Below are positions 19,201 through 28,759 of a stretch of 64,000 nt of DNA, in pieces. The notes below the pieces were generated by a model. That model had not been told where the DNA came from. It ran no database searches and saw only the letters and a program-made list of their open reading frames with translations. The position numbers and the translations under genes were made by a program. The stretch is taken from NCBI GenBank assembly GCA_965552055.1, contig CBEVQO010000001.1:384001-448000 (forward strand). The letters are read 5' to 3'. This DNA is from an uncultured bacterium. Its GTDB lineage: Bacteria > Hydrothermota > UBA3073 > NMUJ01 > CBEVQO01. Every line of letters starts with the position of its first letter. The first letter of the stretch is position 1.

Positions 19201-19938
19201 ATAATAAATGGGCACGGGAGCGACATCTTTTCTTTCGACATAGTTTAAAATCATCCTTTTCATAAAATGTTCCCACGCAGGAGAATAGTGTTTCTTTATC
19301 ATTTCTTCAGTTTTTTGTAGGTCACCACCTATAGACACAACACGCGCAACGATTTTAGTGTAAACTTTTATTTTGTCTGTAACAGGGTTATACTGGATAG
19401 GGTAAAAGCAAACAGTCACAATTCTATGTCCGCGAGCAAAGCCTTCGTGGTGCATCAAATCAACAAGTTTGCCGGGGTAATACTCATTTGTAGAATAAGT
19501 TTTTTCATCAAGAACGAATACAGGGCGCGCACCTTTTATCTTTGGAACAGAAGCAAGTGCAGGCATTATTCTATAAGGAATGCCCAAATCTTCGAGCGAT
19601 ATTTCTTTGTATTCAGCGTCTATTACTTCGATTTTCAATTCTGCCTCATGCGGTACTTCGATTACACCTGTCAGCATTGGCATTTTCGGTTTACCTATTT
19701 CTCCAGTGTACGCATAGCCAGGTAACCTTAATAACGCAAATGTTTCACCCGTTGAGTTTTCCATGAAGTCAGTTTTTATAACTTTGTAATCTACTCCCTT
19801 AACTTCAGCTTCCAATGTTACATCCACCAGTGACTTTGTAAGACACCTGACACTCGGTTTTTGCGGCTCCTTTGTACCATCAAAAGGAATCCATTTACCT
19901 TCAATAAATACAAACGATAGAAACACCAATACCAGCAT
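16270..19938 (-). CDS. C25 (gingipain-like) cysteine peptidase with propeptide, Ig/FnIII, cleaved-adhesin-like domain and T9SS/FlgD-type C-terminal domain
   Basis: Propeptide 'GKPKMP'; 'TDLYYA...PDMFYGRI'; candidate catalytic residues 'TAHG' and 'HCCLTG'; 'DGDNDGYTW'; 'PNPF...YDITGR'; SD AGGAGG. Confidence 0.9.
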   Translation of the reverse strand: MLVLVFLSFVFIEGKWIPFDGTKEPQKPSVRCLTKSLVDVTLEAEVKGVDYKVIKTDFMENSTGETFALLRLPGYAYTGEIGKPKMPMLTGVIEVPHEAELKIEVIDAEYKEISLEDLGIPYRIMPALASVPKIKGARPVFVLDEKTYSTNEYYPGKLVDLMHHEGFARGHRIVTVCFYPIQYNPVTDKIKVYTKIVARVVSIGGDLQKTEEMIKKHYSPAWEHFMKRMILNYVERKDVAPVPIYYDIFYKGEGKVIADLLASWKKKKGFKVRMWDASGWTASQIDDTIEAQTPIATYLVIIGDPNSSTIGLPASAVGDSSGDQTDLYYAEVDGVGYLPDMFYGRISVNDTIEGKIAVNKIIQWEHADFGAQGTDWLKRALFIAGYDANFQNVGIATNAYCRQLLINNGYAVADVDTFIYASGEEEGRIVSEINDTGIAFCVYTAHGDKDQWAIGYSSDFNVTELTNLTTNVNRYPMAIGHCCLTGDFEDANVTQCFGETWAKLDKHGGVSYFGSVVPTYWDEDDWLQRREFDAMFTDSVPGRLYEVGRWTQWGLYWIENNTSSSRKQYYFEAYHIFNEPSMDMWTDIPDTLQVIHDNFVAPGPGTFTVTVKDNDGVTPIEDALVCVWIYTQTPELHEADYTDATGTVTFNINPQNVGDTMWITVTKHNYYPYEGFAIVSGAPSKPTILKVFNNARVFDPTPEVQFYSTDNEGDDIEYKIYWDTSSIFSTPESSITSLYPSGDTVTFSFPTLSHNVTYWWKVRARDPAGSGCWSPWSEVRCFVVDTTLPESTCAWTQCSGEQFSENTFTGGTYVEGDSVVLSQTITNRIVLIDENFESGSLPTGWTITDGDNDGYTWNITTTGQSDLGGYDPPSAGSYYAYYSDDDAGRNNSTADEYLTAPAKYIGDAVQCSLYYGWGFRLYQTGEQLTAEVRFHDGISWGTWTVVATHNATGSGNSKIDLSTYLPAESVQVRWHYTDGGNWGWAAAVDNIKLVKWYKITNTEGSMITLGVYYKDLSRTYNKPRPFGWGYLIWEKSSADDSIKVQIEYRQNGVWQLISDTDLPGNSSGFFTNQIRGEVDLRALDTLTYDSLRCIVTIYRPSTKASTDPALKLITLGSPTGGALPTSSKPTYTFWMGHPMPNPFKGSMVIKYSIGRKSDVEIKIYDITGRVVRNLLDSKLSPGIYTIKWDGKDNKGKKCATGIYFLKLNTKDFEATRKVILIK

Positions 19939-20048
19939 CCCCCCTCCTTTTTGGCTTATTTAAGCAAGCAAAAATTATAACATTAAAAATTTTAAATATT
20001 TCCTTATGAAATTAACATTTTTGTGAAACACTTCATGCACATCTTGCA

Positions 20049-21956
20049 TTATTTTTGCAATTTTTGCAATCTTTTATATACACCTTTTACTTTTGGATTT
20101 ATTCTCAATGCTTTTTTGTACATTTTAATTGCATTTTTAATTTCTCCTTTTATCTCGTAGAGTAAACCAAGTTTGGCATAAGGTTCAGCGTATCCTTGGA
20201 TTTTGAGTCTTATTGCTGCTTTATACATTTCTTCTGCCATTTCATACTTACCCTTTACAAAATAAAGAAAACCAAGCCGTGTAAAATGCATTGCTCGAAT
20301 ATAATCTTCTTTTGTAACATTAATCACTTTCCTATACATTATAATGGCTGAATCTATTCGGGTCTTCATCTCATACAATCTGCCAAGCATCGAATAGGGT
20401 ACATAGCAATCAGGGTCTTCCTTTATCTTCCTTTTTAATTCAATAAAAATACTGTCGTGGACAATTTGTTTTAAAGGAGTAATTGCTGGATTGAAAAATT
20501 TATATCTCTTAATGCCAGGAGCATCCTTAATATAAATTACAAATTTATCGTCAAAATAACAAAGATTCCATTTTTCACTATTCCATAAATAGTCATGAAT
20601 AGGGTAATTCGTTGCTCCGAAAACATAATCGACTAAAACACATTTTATCTTGTATTTTTCCAATATTTTTTCGAAATTTTCTTTAGCATACAGCACTTTC
20701 AAATAGTTTTCAATTATATCTTTACCGCACACATCGCTGCGACCATCAATGAATACTTTAAAGCCACGCCAGATTAAGTATTCACCAATATTATATGTAT
20801 TGAATATGTTCCCACAAATTTCATTCTTTTTCAAAAAATCTACTGCTTTTTTGGGCAAATTCCTTTCATCGATTCCAAATTCTACAAATCTTTTAACTCC
20901 GCCACTTATTATCTGTCCACATTTAAATGTATATACCGTAAGTAATAAAATTATTCCTTCAATGAGAAATCCAGCCCATTTTTTCTTTACCTTTATTCTG
21001 GCACTAAAATTATAAGCAACAATTGGCGCAGATATTATTAAAAATATAGGTATATTCCTTATAGCGAAAATTGGAAGAACTACAAAAAATATAAAGAGAA
21101 AAACATGCAGAAGATTAATTCTTTTGTTAAAAAAGAAGGAAAAAATACAAAAGATTAAGTATGTTTTAAATAAGTTAAGTGGCAAAATTCCTTTGTGTGC
21201 AAGATGAAAAAGTGGATTATATTCACTAATAAAAGAAAGAACATAGCGCGATTCTTTGAAAGCAAACAGCCATTGAATGGGTTTTATCAAAATTTTATAT
21301 CCCCATGGATTAATCAGGATGCCTGTGCATGCTATAATTAAAAAACACAGATGATTCAAACATCTTTTAAAGTTTCTTTTTAAAAGATTAGTCATTAGAA
21401 AAATTCCTATGAGTGATAATCCGTATAGAAATCCAAGATGAAAATTTGACCATAAAGTAAAAATAAGAAAAATCAACAGTGCAATTTTCTTAAACGGGAT
21501 TTTACTTTTTTCGTATGAAAACAATGCTAATTGAAGTAAGCTAAGTAATAAAAAGCTGATAATTTGTGCACGGGTTCTATAACCAGGTCCAAATGATAAA
21601 ATTAAAAGCATAAATATTAAAGCACAGATATAAACATCCGCTTTTAGAACTTTTTGTGCAGTTAAAAAAACTATCAGCAGAGTTAGAGAAAGGAGTAAAT
21701 ATTTTAGAATGATGAGACCTTTAGCTCCTGTTTTTGAGTAAACGGAATAAAAAATAACGGAAGAAAGCCAGTGGTGTGGTATCCATTCTCTGCCATATGC
21801 AGTATAAGTGAAAATATCTTTGCGAGGGATGGTATGGTTTTCTAAAATGTACTTTCCTGTATAAAAATGCAACCAAATATCAGGGTCAGAGATTTTAAAA
21901 ATCGACATCGATGAGAGAAAAAGAAATAAAAGTAAAATTAGCCGCAAATTTCTCAC
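20049..21956 (-). CDS. Multi-TM membrane protein with C-terminal TPRs (GT-C-like fold, putative)
   Basis: 'DPDIWLH..TG..I' first-loop motif, many TM helices, 'VFIDGR', TPR repeats. Confidence 0.65.
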   Translation of the reverse strand: MRNLRLILLLFLFLSSMSIFKISDPDIWLHFYTGKYILENHTIPRKDIFTYTAYGREWIPHHWLSSVIFYSVYSKTGAKGLIILKYLLLSLTLLIVFLTAQKVLKADVYICALIFMLLILSFGPGYRTRAQIISFLLLSLLQLALFSYEKSKIPFKKIALLIFLIFTLWSNFHLGFLYGLSLIGIFLMTNLLKRNFKRCLNHLCFLIIACTGILINPWGYKILIKPIQWLFAFKESRYVLSFISEYNPLFHLAHKGILPLNLFKTYLIFCIFSFFFNKRINLLHVFLFIFFVVLPIFAIRNIPIFLIISAPIVAYNFSARIKVKKKWAGFLIEGIILLLTVYTFKCGQIISGGVKRFVEFGIDERNLPKKAVDFLKKNEICGNIFNTYNIGEYLIWRGFKVFIDGRSDVCGKDIIENYLKVLYAKENFEKILEKYKIKCVLVDYVFGATNYPIHDYLWNSEKWNLCYFDDKFVIYIKDAPGIKRYKFFNPAITPLKQIVHDSIFIELKRKIKEDPDCYVPYSMLGRLYEMKTRIDSAIIMYRKVINVTKEDYIRAMHFTRLGFLYFVKGKYEMAEEMYKAAIRLKIQGYAEPYAKLGLLYEIKGEIKNAIKMYKKALRINPKVKGVYKRLQKLQK

Positions 21957-21960
21957 TTTA

Positions 21961-21988
21961 ATTTTATATTTTAATCTGGCTTTGTCAA
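21961..21988 (-). promoter_or_regulatory. Putative promoter TTGACA-16bp-TAAAAT, 4 nt before GTG 21956
   Basis: Boxes read directly. Confidence 0.6.
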
Positions 21989-22038
21989 TCTTTTTAGGCT
22001 ATTTTTATTGACAAAATTAGAAAGCGATTACATATCTT

Positions 22039-23403
22039 ATGATGAAAGAAAGTTTGCTCGATTATTTGCGCGATATTTATATCGCTTTACCGGAAGATAT
22101 AAGAGATGTTTATAAATTCTTTTTTCCCATTGAGAGATTAGCACTTCATTATTCTTCTTTTTTAATGTATTCGCAATGGTTTTCTGAAGAAAAAATAAAA
22201 GAATATCAAATAAAAGAACTAAAAAAATTACTTTCCCACGCATATAAAAATTCAAGATGGTATAGAAGAATATTATCAAAAGCAGATATTTCTGATGCAG
22301 ATTTTGAAGATTTTAAAGTTTTATCAAAACTTCCTATCTTAAAGAAAGAAGATTTAAAACATCATTTAGAAGAGATTTGCATTGAGAATTATAAAAGATA
22401 TTTTCACATTAGAGGGAGTTCGAGTGGTTCTACGGGTACTCCTGTGCAGTTTGTTGCAGGTAAAAGATGGATAGCTTTCGGTAAAGCGGTTGTGAACAGG
22501 TTTATGAAATGGCATAACTGCGATATTAAGTTGAGAAAACTGGAGATAATGTATAGAATGACAGATGACCTTTATATTAAGAGATGGAAGAAATTGATAA
22601 TCTCTGCATTCAAAATCGGTGATAAAACTGCATCACAAATTGTAAAACTGATAAAAGAGTTTAAACCACAGGTAATAAGGAGTTTTCCCATGACAATCCA
22701 TACATTGATAAAGTATCTTAAAAAATATAATGTTAAAATTAGACCAAAAATGATTTTCACAACTTCAGAGACTTTGTTTCCTCATATTAAAGAAGAAATT
22801 GAAAAATTTTTTGTCTGCAAAGTATTCGATTTTTATGGAGGAAATGAGACGAATGTAACGGCATGCGATTGTGAATACCAGTCAAAACATGTAAATTTTG
22901 AATGCGGTATTTTAGAAATAGTAGATGAAAAAGGCAAACCTGTTCCTGAAGGAAAAGAAGGTTTTGTTGTTATTACAGATTTTACAAATTATTTGATGCC
23001 TTTAATAAGATACGAAATGAGAGATTTAGCAGTTTTATCGAAAGAAAAATGCTTATGCGGTAGAAATTCACCTGTAATCGAGAAGTTACTCGGAAGACAG
23101 GATGATATTCTAATAACGAAAGATATGAATTATGTAAGTAGATTGGATGAAGCTTTTCACAAAAGCAAAGGAATTTTTGAAGCCCAAATTGTTCAGGAAA
23201 AACCAGGGTATGCGGTAATCAAGATAGTGAAAGACGAAGATTTTCAGCAAAAAGATTTAGAGATTTTGACAGAAGAACTGAAAAAAAGATTGGGTAAAGA
23301 TTTTGAAATAGAATTTGAATTTGTGGATGAAATCCCCCGTTTAAAATCGGGAAAATATAAATTTGTGATTAATAAGTGCTTGGAGAATTTAGAAAGGACA
23401 TAA
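22039..23403 (+). CDS. Phenylacetate-CoA ligase family (CapK-like) adenylating enzyme
   Basis: SSGSTGTP, YGGNE, MPLIRY, GRQDD, SGKYK. Confidence 0.88.
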   Translation: MMKESLLDYLRDIYIALPEDIRDVYKFFFPIERLALHYSSFLMYSQWFSEEKIKEYQIKELKKLLSHAYKNSRWYRRILSKADISDADFEDFKVLSKLPILKKEDLKHHLEEICIENYKRYFHIRGSSSGSTGTPVQFVAGKRWIAFGKAVVNRFMKWHNCDIKLRKLEIMYRMTDDLYIKRWKKLIISAFKIGDKTASQIVKLIKEFKPQVIRSFPMTIHTLIKYLKKYNVKIRPKMIFTTSETLFPHIKEEIEKFFVCKVFDFYGGNETNVTACDCEYQSKHVNFECGILEIVDEKGKPVPEGKEGFVVITDFTNYLMPLIRYEMRDLAVLSKEKCLCGRNSPVIEKLLGRQDDILITKDMNYVSRLDEAFHKSKGIFEAQIVQEKPGYAVIKIVKDEDFQQKDLEILTEELKKRLGKDFEIEFEFVDEIPRLKSGKYKFVINKCLENLERT

Positions 23404-24536
23404 AGGATTATCTTTCAGGGCATTTAATTCCTCCTGCGATAAATTTGGCTTATATTGCTATATTTACCAGAATTTTTCCGCCTTCTGCTTATGGTAAATT
23501 TATTTTGTTGATGGTTACCATAAATTTTTGTTTTAACTTTTCATCGACATGGATTTATAATGGAATAATAAGATTTTATCCCGAAGAGAAAGAGAAAATT
23601 TCTAAAATTTTGTTTCTTTTAACCCTTTTATCATCACTTCCTTTTATTTTCATTTTTTTCTTTTTTGAAGGTATTTATTTCAAATTAGGAGCGTTATTAT
23701 TTATTTTGAAAAGTATTTTTGATAATTCACTTGCATTTTTACAGGCACAAAGAAAAGCAAAAAAATTCTCTGCCATGCAAATAGCTTATTCTTGTTTAAA
23801 TTTAATCTTTTCTTTCATTTTTGTGAAATTTCTGAGAATTGGACTAAATGGCTTAGTTATGGGAGGAATTTTTGCTGTTCTTGTTTTGCTTTTTATGTTG
23901 AAAGAGGTAAAAATTGAATTTTATTTTGAAAAGAAGATAGCAAAAGCAATGTTAAATTACGGTGTCCCTTTAACATTTTCTAACCTTTTTTCACTTTCGC
24001 TTATTTATATTGACAGGTACTTTATAAACTTTTTTTTATCAGAAAAAGAAGTTGGTATTTATTCGGTAAGTTATACATTAGCAGAGCGTTTTATAATTTT
24101 GCTGACTTCGTTATTTGTGACAGCAAGCAGACCTATATGTTTTCAGCTATATACCAAATCAAAAGAACAGGCTGTAAAATACAATAAGAAAATTTCAAAA
24201 ATATTTGTAGTTATAGGTTTATGTCTTACTCTTTTAATTATAACATTTTCAAAATTGATTTTAAAAATATTTGCAGGGAAAGAATTCTGGGAAGGAATCA
24301 CAATTTTCCCCTATATAACATTTTCTGCTTTTTTCTTCGGTTTACAGAAAATCAGCGAAACTTTTATACTTCTGGAGAAAAAGACAAAGATTTTGCTTTT
24401 TATCTTTATGATAGCATGTTTCTTAAACATCGCACTTAACTTTGTTTTAATCCCTAAGTTTGGCATTACAGGAGCAGCTATTTCGACATTTATTGCATAT
24501 TTAACACTTTTTATTCTTACCGCAATAAATAGTTGA
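23376..24536 (+). CDS. Oligosaccharide flippase (Wzx/MOP family)
   Basis: 'FTRIF.P..YG', 'IDRYFI...VGIYS', 'LIPKFGITGAAI'. Confidence 0.88.
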   Translation: MLGEFRKDIKDYLSGHLIPPAINLAYIAIFTRIFPPSAYGKFILLMVTINFCFNFSSTWIYNGIIRFYPEEKEKISKILFLLTLLSSLPFIFIFFFFEGIYFKLGALLFILKSIFDNSLAFLQAQRKAKKFSAMQIAYSCLNLIFSFIFVKFLRIGLNGLVMGGIFAVLVLLFMLKEVKIEFYFEKKIAKAMLNYGVPLTFSNLFSLSLIYIDRYFINFFLSEKEVGIYSVSYTLAERFIILLTSLFVTASRPICFQLYTKSKEQAVKYNKKISKIFVVIGLCLTLLIITFSKLILKIFAGKEFWEGITIFPYITFSAFFFGLQKISETFILLEKKTKILLFIFMIACFLNIALNFVLIPKFGITGAAISTFIAYLTLFILTAINS

Positions 24537-24559
24537 CAAGGATGTATTGAGGTTAAAAT
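24533..24559 (+). promoter_or_regulatory. Putative promoter TTGACA-15bp-TAAAAT, 5 nt before the tdh GTG
   Basis: The -35 box overlaps the flippase TGA stop. Confidence 0.72.
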
Positions 24560-24564
24560 GTAAG

Positions 24565-25602
24565 GTGAGAGCTATTGCTAAAACTTTTGCAAAGGAAGGT
24601 CTCGAGATAATTGATGTTAAGATACCTGAGATTAAGGAGAAAGAAGTTTTAATAAAAGTAAAAATGGCAGCCATTTGTGGGACAGATGTTCATATTTATA
24701 AATGGGATGAGTGGGCTCAAAGCAGGATAAAAATACCTCAAATTATAGGACATGAATTTTGTGGAGAAGTTGTTGAAGTGGGCAAAGCAGTTTCGAAAGT
24801 GAAAAAAGGCGATTTTGTATCTGCTGAGACGCATATTGTTTGTGGCAGGTGCATACAATGTTTATCAGGTCAGATGCATTTGTGTTCAAATTTGAAAATA
24901 CTGGGTGTCGATTGTGATGGATGTTTTGCGGAATATGTGAAGATACCGGAAGATATTGTCTGGATCAATGAACCTTCTTTGCCACCTGAAATTGCAGCTA
25001 TTCAAGAGCCTTTCGGTAATGCTGTTTATTGTACACTTGTTGAGCCTGTTAATGGCAAATCTGTGCTAATAATGGGTGCCGGACCTCAGGGACTATTTGC
25101 TACAGCTATTGCCCGTGCATCAGGAGCAACTCTTGTAATCGTGGTTGAGCCATCGGATTTCCGTAGAAAAATGGCAAAAGAACTGGGCGCCGATGTGGTT
25201 ATAAATCCAAATAAAGAGAATGTTGAAGAAATTGTTATGGAAATGACAAAAGGAGTGGGAGTAGATGTGTTTCTTGATATGGCTGGTATCGAATATTCTA
25301 TAAAAACAGGACTTAAACTCTTAAGAAAAGGAGGAAGATTCTCTGCGTTTGGTATTCCTTCGAGACCTATTTCGATAAATTTCGCTGATGACATAATTTT
25401 CAAAGGTATAACAATTTACGGCATAAACGGTAGATTGATGTTCGATACATGGGTTAAAGCGAGAAATTTTCTATCAACTAAAAGAATAGATATTTCTAAA
25501 GTAATCACCCATAAGTTTAAATTCTCCGAATTTAATAAAGCGTTTGAAATATTAACTTCACCTGAAAAGAATTGTGGCAAGATATTGCTTATTCCCGATT
25601 AA
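24565..25602 (+). CDS. tdh: L-threonine 3-dehydrogenase
   Basis: ICGTDVHIYKWDEWA, GHEF, SAETH, QEPFGNAV, GINGRLMFDTW; start moved to GTG. Confidence 0.92.
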   Translation: MRAIAKTFAKEGLEIIDVKIPEIKEKEVLIKVKMAAICGTDVHIYKWDEWAQSRIKIPQIIGHEFCGEVVEVGKAVSKVKKGDFVSAETHIVCGRCIQCLSGQMHLCSNLKILGVDCDGCFAEYVKIPEDIVWINEPSLPPEIAAIQEPFGNAVYCTLVEPVNGKSVLIMGAGPQGLFATAIARASGATLVIVVEPSDFRRKMAKELGADVVINPNKENVEEIVMEMTKGVGVDVFLDMAGIEYSIKTGLKLLRKGGRFSAFGIPSRPISINFADDIIFKGITIYGINGRLMFDTWVKARNFLSTKRIDISKVITHKFKFSEFNKAFEILTSPEKNCGKILLIPD

Positions 25603-26170
25603 TCCTTTTCTTTATGTATTCGCAGTAGAGGGCAATTGCAGGGTTGTGACCCAACACTCTATCTTTTACGATAAAAGTGGTAACAGGTGCTTTTGAATAT
25701 CTTGTAAAAATTATATCATGACCTATACACAATCCACAAATTATATTTAAATCGGTCTTCTTTTCATTCAAAATATATGCCTGGCCTACTGGATTACACA
25801 TCGCTTCTTCTCTTTCTTCTATTATCTTTTTAAGATTAAATTCATCTTTTGAAATTCCACAGACTTTACAACAAACAGAATAAACTTCAAAACCTGCATT
25901 TTCAAGAATTTGAGATAAAATTTTGGCTTCATGGGATAAACCAATACAAAAAGCAATTCCTATCTTTTTATAATTCATTCTTCGGCAAAATTCTATTATT
26001 TCTTCTAACCTATTCTTTTTGCAATAAAATTCACCTTCGATAGAAGTCGCTACCTTCATCATTTCTTTTAATTTCTCGTCCTTTTCATAAATTTCTTTTA
26101 TTTTTTCTTTTAAATTAAAGCAATCTTTTCCCTTATAACAATCTTTATTTTTACAATTTACACATTTCAT
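25589..26170 (-). CDS. DUF1847 metal-binding protein
   Basis: GIAFCIGL, VCCKVC, MCNPVGQA, GLCIGHD, KDRVLGHNP. Confidence 0.9.
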   Translation of the reverse strand: MKCVNCKNKDCYKGKDCFNLKEKIKEIYEKDEKLKEMMKVATSIEGEFYCKKNRLEEIIEFCRRMNYKKIGIAFCIGLSHEAKILSQILENAGFEVYSVCCKVCGISKDEFNLKKIIEEREEAMCNPVGQAYILNEKKTDLNIICGLCIGHDIIFTRYSKAPVTTFIVKDRVLGHNPAIALYCEYIKKRINRE

Positions 26171-26892
26171 TTGTGTTTAAGAAGTAGCATCAACATAATT
26201 CCGAGCAATATGAGGACTATTTGAGGTATTGATTTTTTCCATTCCGTTTGCTTTCTGAGTTCTGGTATGAGGTCGACGAGTGCGATATAGGCGAATCCAC
26301 CGGCTGAAAAGGCAAGAAGAGGCGATTTTAAAGCATTTATACTCTCACCAACAAAAAAGGTAATAACTCCTCCCAGGATACATGTTAGCGCTGATAAAAA
26401 GTTATAGAAAATAGCCTTTCTTATTGTTAATCCGGCATAAAGCAATACTCCGAAATCTCCGAGTTCCTGTGGTATTTCGTGTAAAGCAACTGCAATTGTG
26501 GTGATTACACCGAGATGTTGTGATGTAAGAAAAGAGCCAGCTATTACAACACCATCAAGAAAATTGTGAAAAGCATCACCAATTATGTTGAGATAAGCAA
26601 CAGTATGAACCGGGCATTCAACCCTGTGACAGTGTCTCCAGTATAGAAATTTTTCGAGTATGAAGAAAACTATTATTCCAAGCACAAAGTTATAAACGGC
26701 AGATTCCGACCCTTCCCAGGCTTCAGGAAGTAAATGAAACATTCCTCCACCAATCAAAGCACCTGTAGCGAAACTCACAAGAGCATAGATAATCTTTTGT
26801 AAATTCTTGCGAAATAAGAGTGATAAAATTCCAACTAAAGACAATAAACTAATACCCGCTGTGGCAAGAATAATATTTAACAAAACATTCAT
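26167..26892 (-). CDS. ZIP family metal transporter
   Basis: HLLPEA, HNFLDG, HEIPQELGDF, DLIPEL. Confidence 0.93.
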   Translation of the reverse strand: MNVLLNIILATAGISLLSLVGILSLLFRKNLQKIIYALVSFATGALIGGGMFHLLPEAWEGSESAVYNFVLGIIVFFILEKFLYWRHCHRVECPVHTVAYLNIIGDAFHNFLDGVVIAGSFLTSQHLGVITTIAVALHEIPQELGDFGVLLYAGLTIRKAIFYNFLSALTCILGGVITFFVGESINALKSPLLAFSAGGFAYIALVDLIPELRKQTEWKKSIPQIVLILLGIMLMLLLKHK

Positions 26893-28739
26893 GAGTTATC
26901 GATTAAATCTTCGGGTATTTCTTTTACAAAGCGTGACAAAGGTCTTGGAAATCCGTAAGCCACCTGTGGTGCGAGTAGAAATACTTCTTCTTTTGCTCTT
27001 GTAAGTGCAACATAAAAAAGACGGCGCTCCTCTTCCATCTCATCTTCATCATATAAGGCATCACGATGGGGGAAACATCCATCGGTTAGACCTATCAAAA
27101 TTACTCTTTTAAATTCAAGACCCTTTGCATTATGTGCAGTCATCAAAATTACTTTTTCTCTTGAATCCGACTCTTTTAATCTATCCACATCTGTATAAAG
27201 TGATATTCTTTGCAAAAATTCGAATATCGTATCGTAAGGGCGAGCAATTCGCAATAATTCTTTGACATTCTCAATTCTGTCCTCTGCTTCAACCTGTTTA
27301 CTTCCTGTTTTTAATTTCTTTAAATAATTTATACTCTCCATAAACCTTATCAAAGCATCATAAGGTGTTGCATTTCTCTCCTTTATATCTTTTATCAATA
27401 AGTGTAGAGACCTTAATCTCATTATTTTTGGTGCAGAAGGCAGTATTTTATGAACTTCATTTAAAGCTTCCACAGGTGATATTCTTTTTCTCTCTGCATA
27501 GTTCAAAATCGTATCGACTGTTTTTTTACCAATATTCGGTAAAAGTTCGAGCACACGCCTTAAAGAAACACCATCTTGAGGATTATCCACTATTTTTAAA
27601 AACGCAATTAAATCTTTTATTTCTTTTCTCTCATAAAATCTGAAACCGCCTATTATTTTATATGGTATTCCTTCTTTTATGAGCATTTCCTCAATAGGTC
27701 TTGTAAGATGATGCATTCTATAAAGGATTACTGTATCTGATATTCCATTTTGTTTCAATATCTGGCAACATATTTGAGCTTCTGCATCCGGATCTGGTGG
27801 TCTTATTAATTTTATCTTTTTTCCTCCTCTTTTATCTGTGTATAAATTTTTGCCCAATCTTTTTTTGTTATTTTTTATAACCGCAGATGCTGCACGCAGA
27901 ATAATTTCGGTTGATCTGTAATTTTTTTCAAGGTTTATTATCTTTACATCTTTAAAAATTTTCGGGAAATTTAAAATGTTGTCTATTTCTGCTCCTCTCC
28001 ATCCATAAATTGATTGATCTTCATCGCCCACGACCGTCAAATTTTTGCATTTTTCTGTCAAAAGTGTTAATAATTTAAATTGTGCATAATTAGTATCCTG
28101 ATATTCATCCACAAGAATATAGCGAAAAGGCATGCTTTCTCTAATATCTTTAAAAGTGGACAGTAATTTAACGGCGTTAAATAGCAAATCATCGAAATCC
28201 ATTGCATTTAATTCTTTTAATTTTCTTTGATAAATTTGATAAACATTTTTTATCTGGGGGTCATAAAATTCAATTAATGGAAATTCTTCTGGAGGAATTA
28301 GTTTATTTTTTGCAAGAGAAATTCTGTATTGGCATAATTCTGGTTTTACAGAAAGTCCCCCTTCCTTTATTATTTCCTTGATAAGTCTTTTAGAATCTTC
28401 TTCATCGAAAATAGTGTAATTGGGTGTGTATCCTAATCTTTTTGCGTAGAATCTGAGTAATTTTGCACAAAATGAATGGAAGGTAGAAATCCATACTTTT
28501 TCTCCTGTTTTTCCTACAAGTTTTATTACTCTTTCTTTCATTTCATCTGCAGCTTTATTTGTAAAAGTTACTGCAAGAATTTCATGTGGTTTTATGCCTT
28601 TTGACAGAAGGTAGGCGACTTTACAGGTCAACACAAGGGTCTTACCGCTTCCTGCACCAGCGTTTACAAGAATAAAGCCCTCTGTTTGCAAAACAGCTTC
28701 TCTTTGATTGGGATTTAAAATTTTTAAAAAATCGTTCAA
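26889..28739 (-). CDS. pcrA: UvrD/PcrA family DNA helicase
   Basis: AGAGSGKT, VDEYQDTN, VGDEDQSIYGWRGA, AKGLEF, EERRLFYVALTRAK. Confidence 0.93.
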   Translation of the reverse strand: MNDFLKILNPNQREAVLQTEGFILVNAGAGSGKTLVLTCKVAYLLSKGIKPHEILAVTFTNKAADEMKERVIKLVGKTGEKVWISTFHSFCAKLLRFYAKRLGYTPNYTIFDEEDSKRLIKEIIKEGGLSVKPELCQYRISLAKNKLIPPEEFPLIEFYDPQIKNVYQIYQRKLKELNAMDFDDLLFNAVKLLSTFKDIRESMPFRYILVDEYQDTNYAQFKLLTLLTEKCKNLTVVGDEDQSIYGWRGAEIDNILNFPKIFKDVKIINLEKNYRSTEIILRAASAVIKNNKKRLGKNLYTDKRGGKKIKLIRPPDPDAEAQICCQILKQNGISDTVILYRMHHLTRPIEEMLIKEGIPYKIIGGFRFYERKEIKDLIAFLKIVDNPQDGVSLRRVLELLPNIGKKTVDTILNYAERKRISPVEALNEVHKILPSAPKIMRLRSLHLLIKDIKERNATPYDALIRFMESINYLKKLKTGSKQVEAEDRIENVKELLRIARPYDTIFEFLQRISLYTDVDRLKESDSREKVILMTAHNAKGLEFKRVILIGLTDGCFPHRDALYDEDEMEEERRLFYVALTRAKEEVFLLAPQVAYGFPRPLSRFVKEIPEDLIDNS

Positions 28740-28759
28740 ATTTATTTAATAGAAAGATT

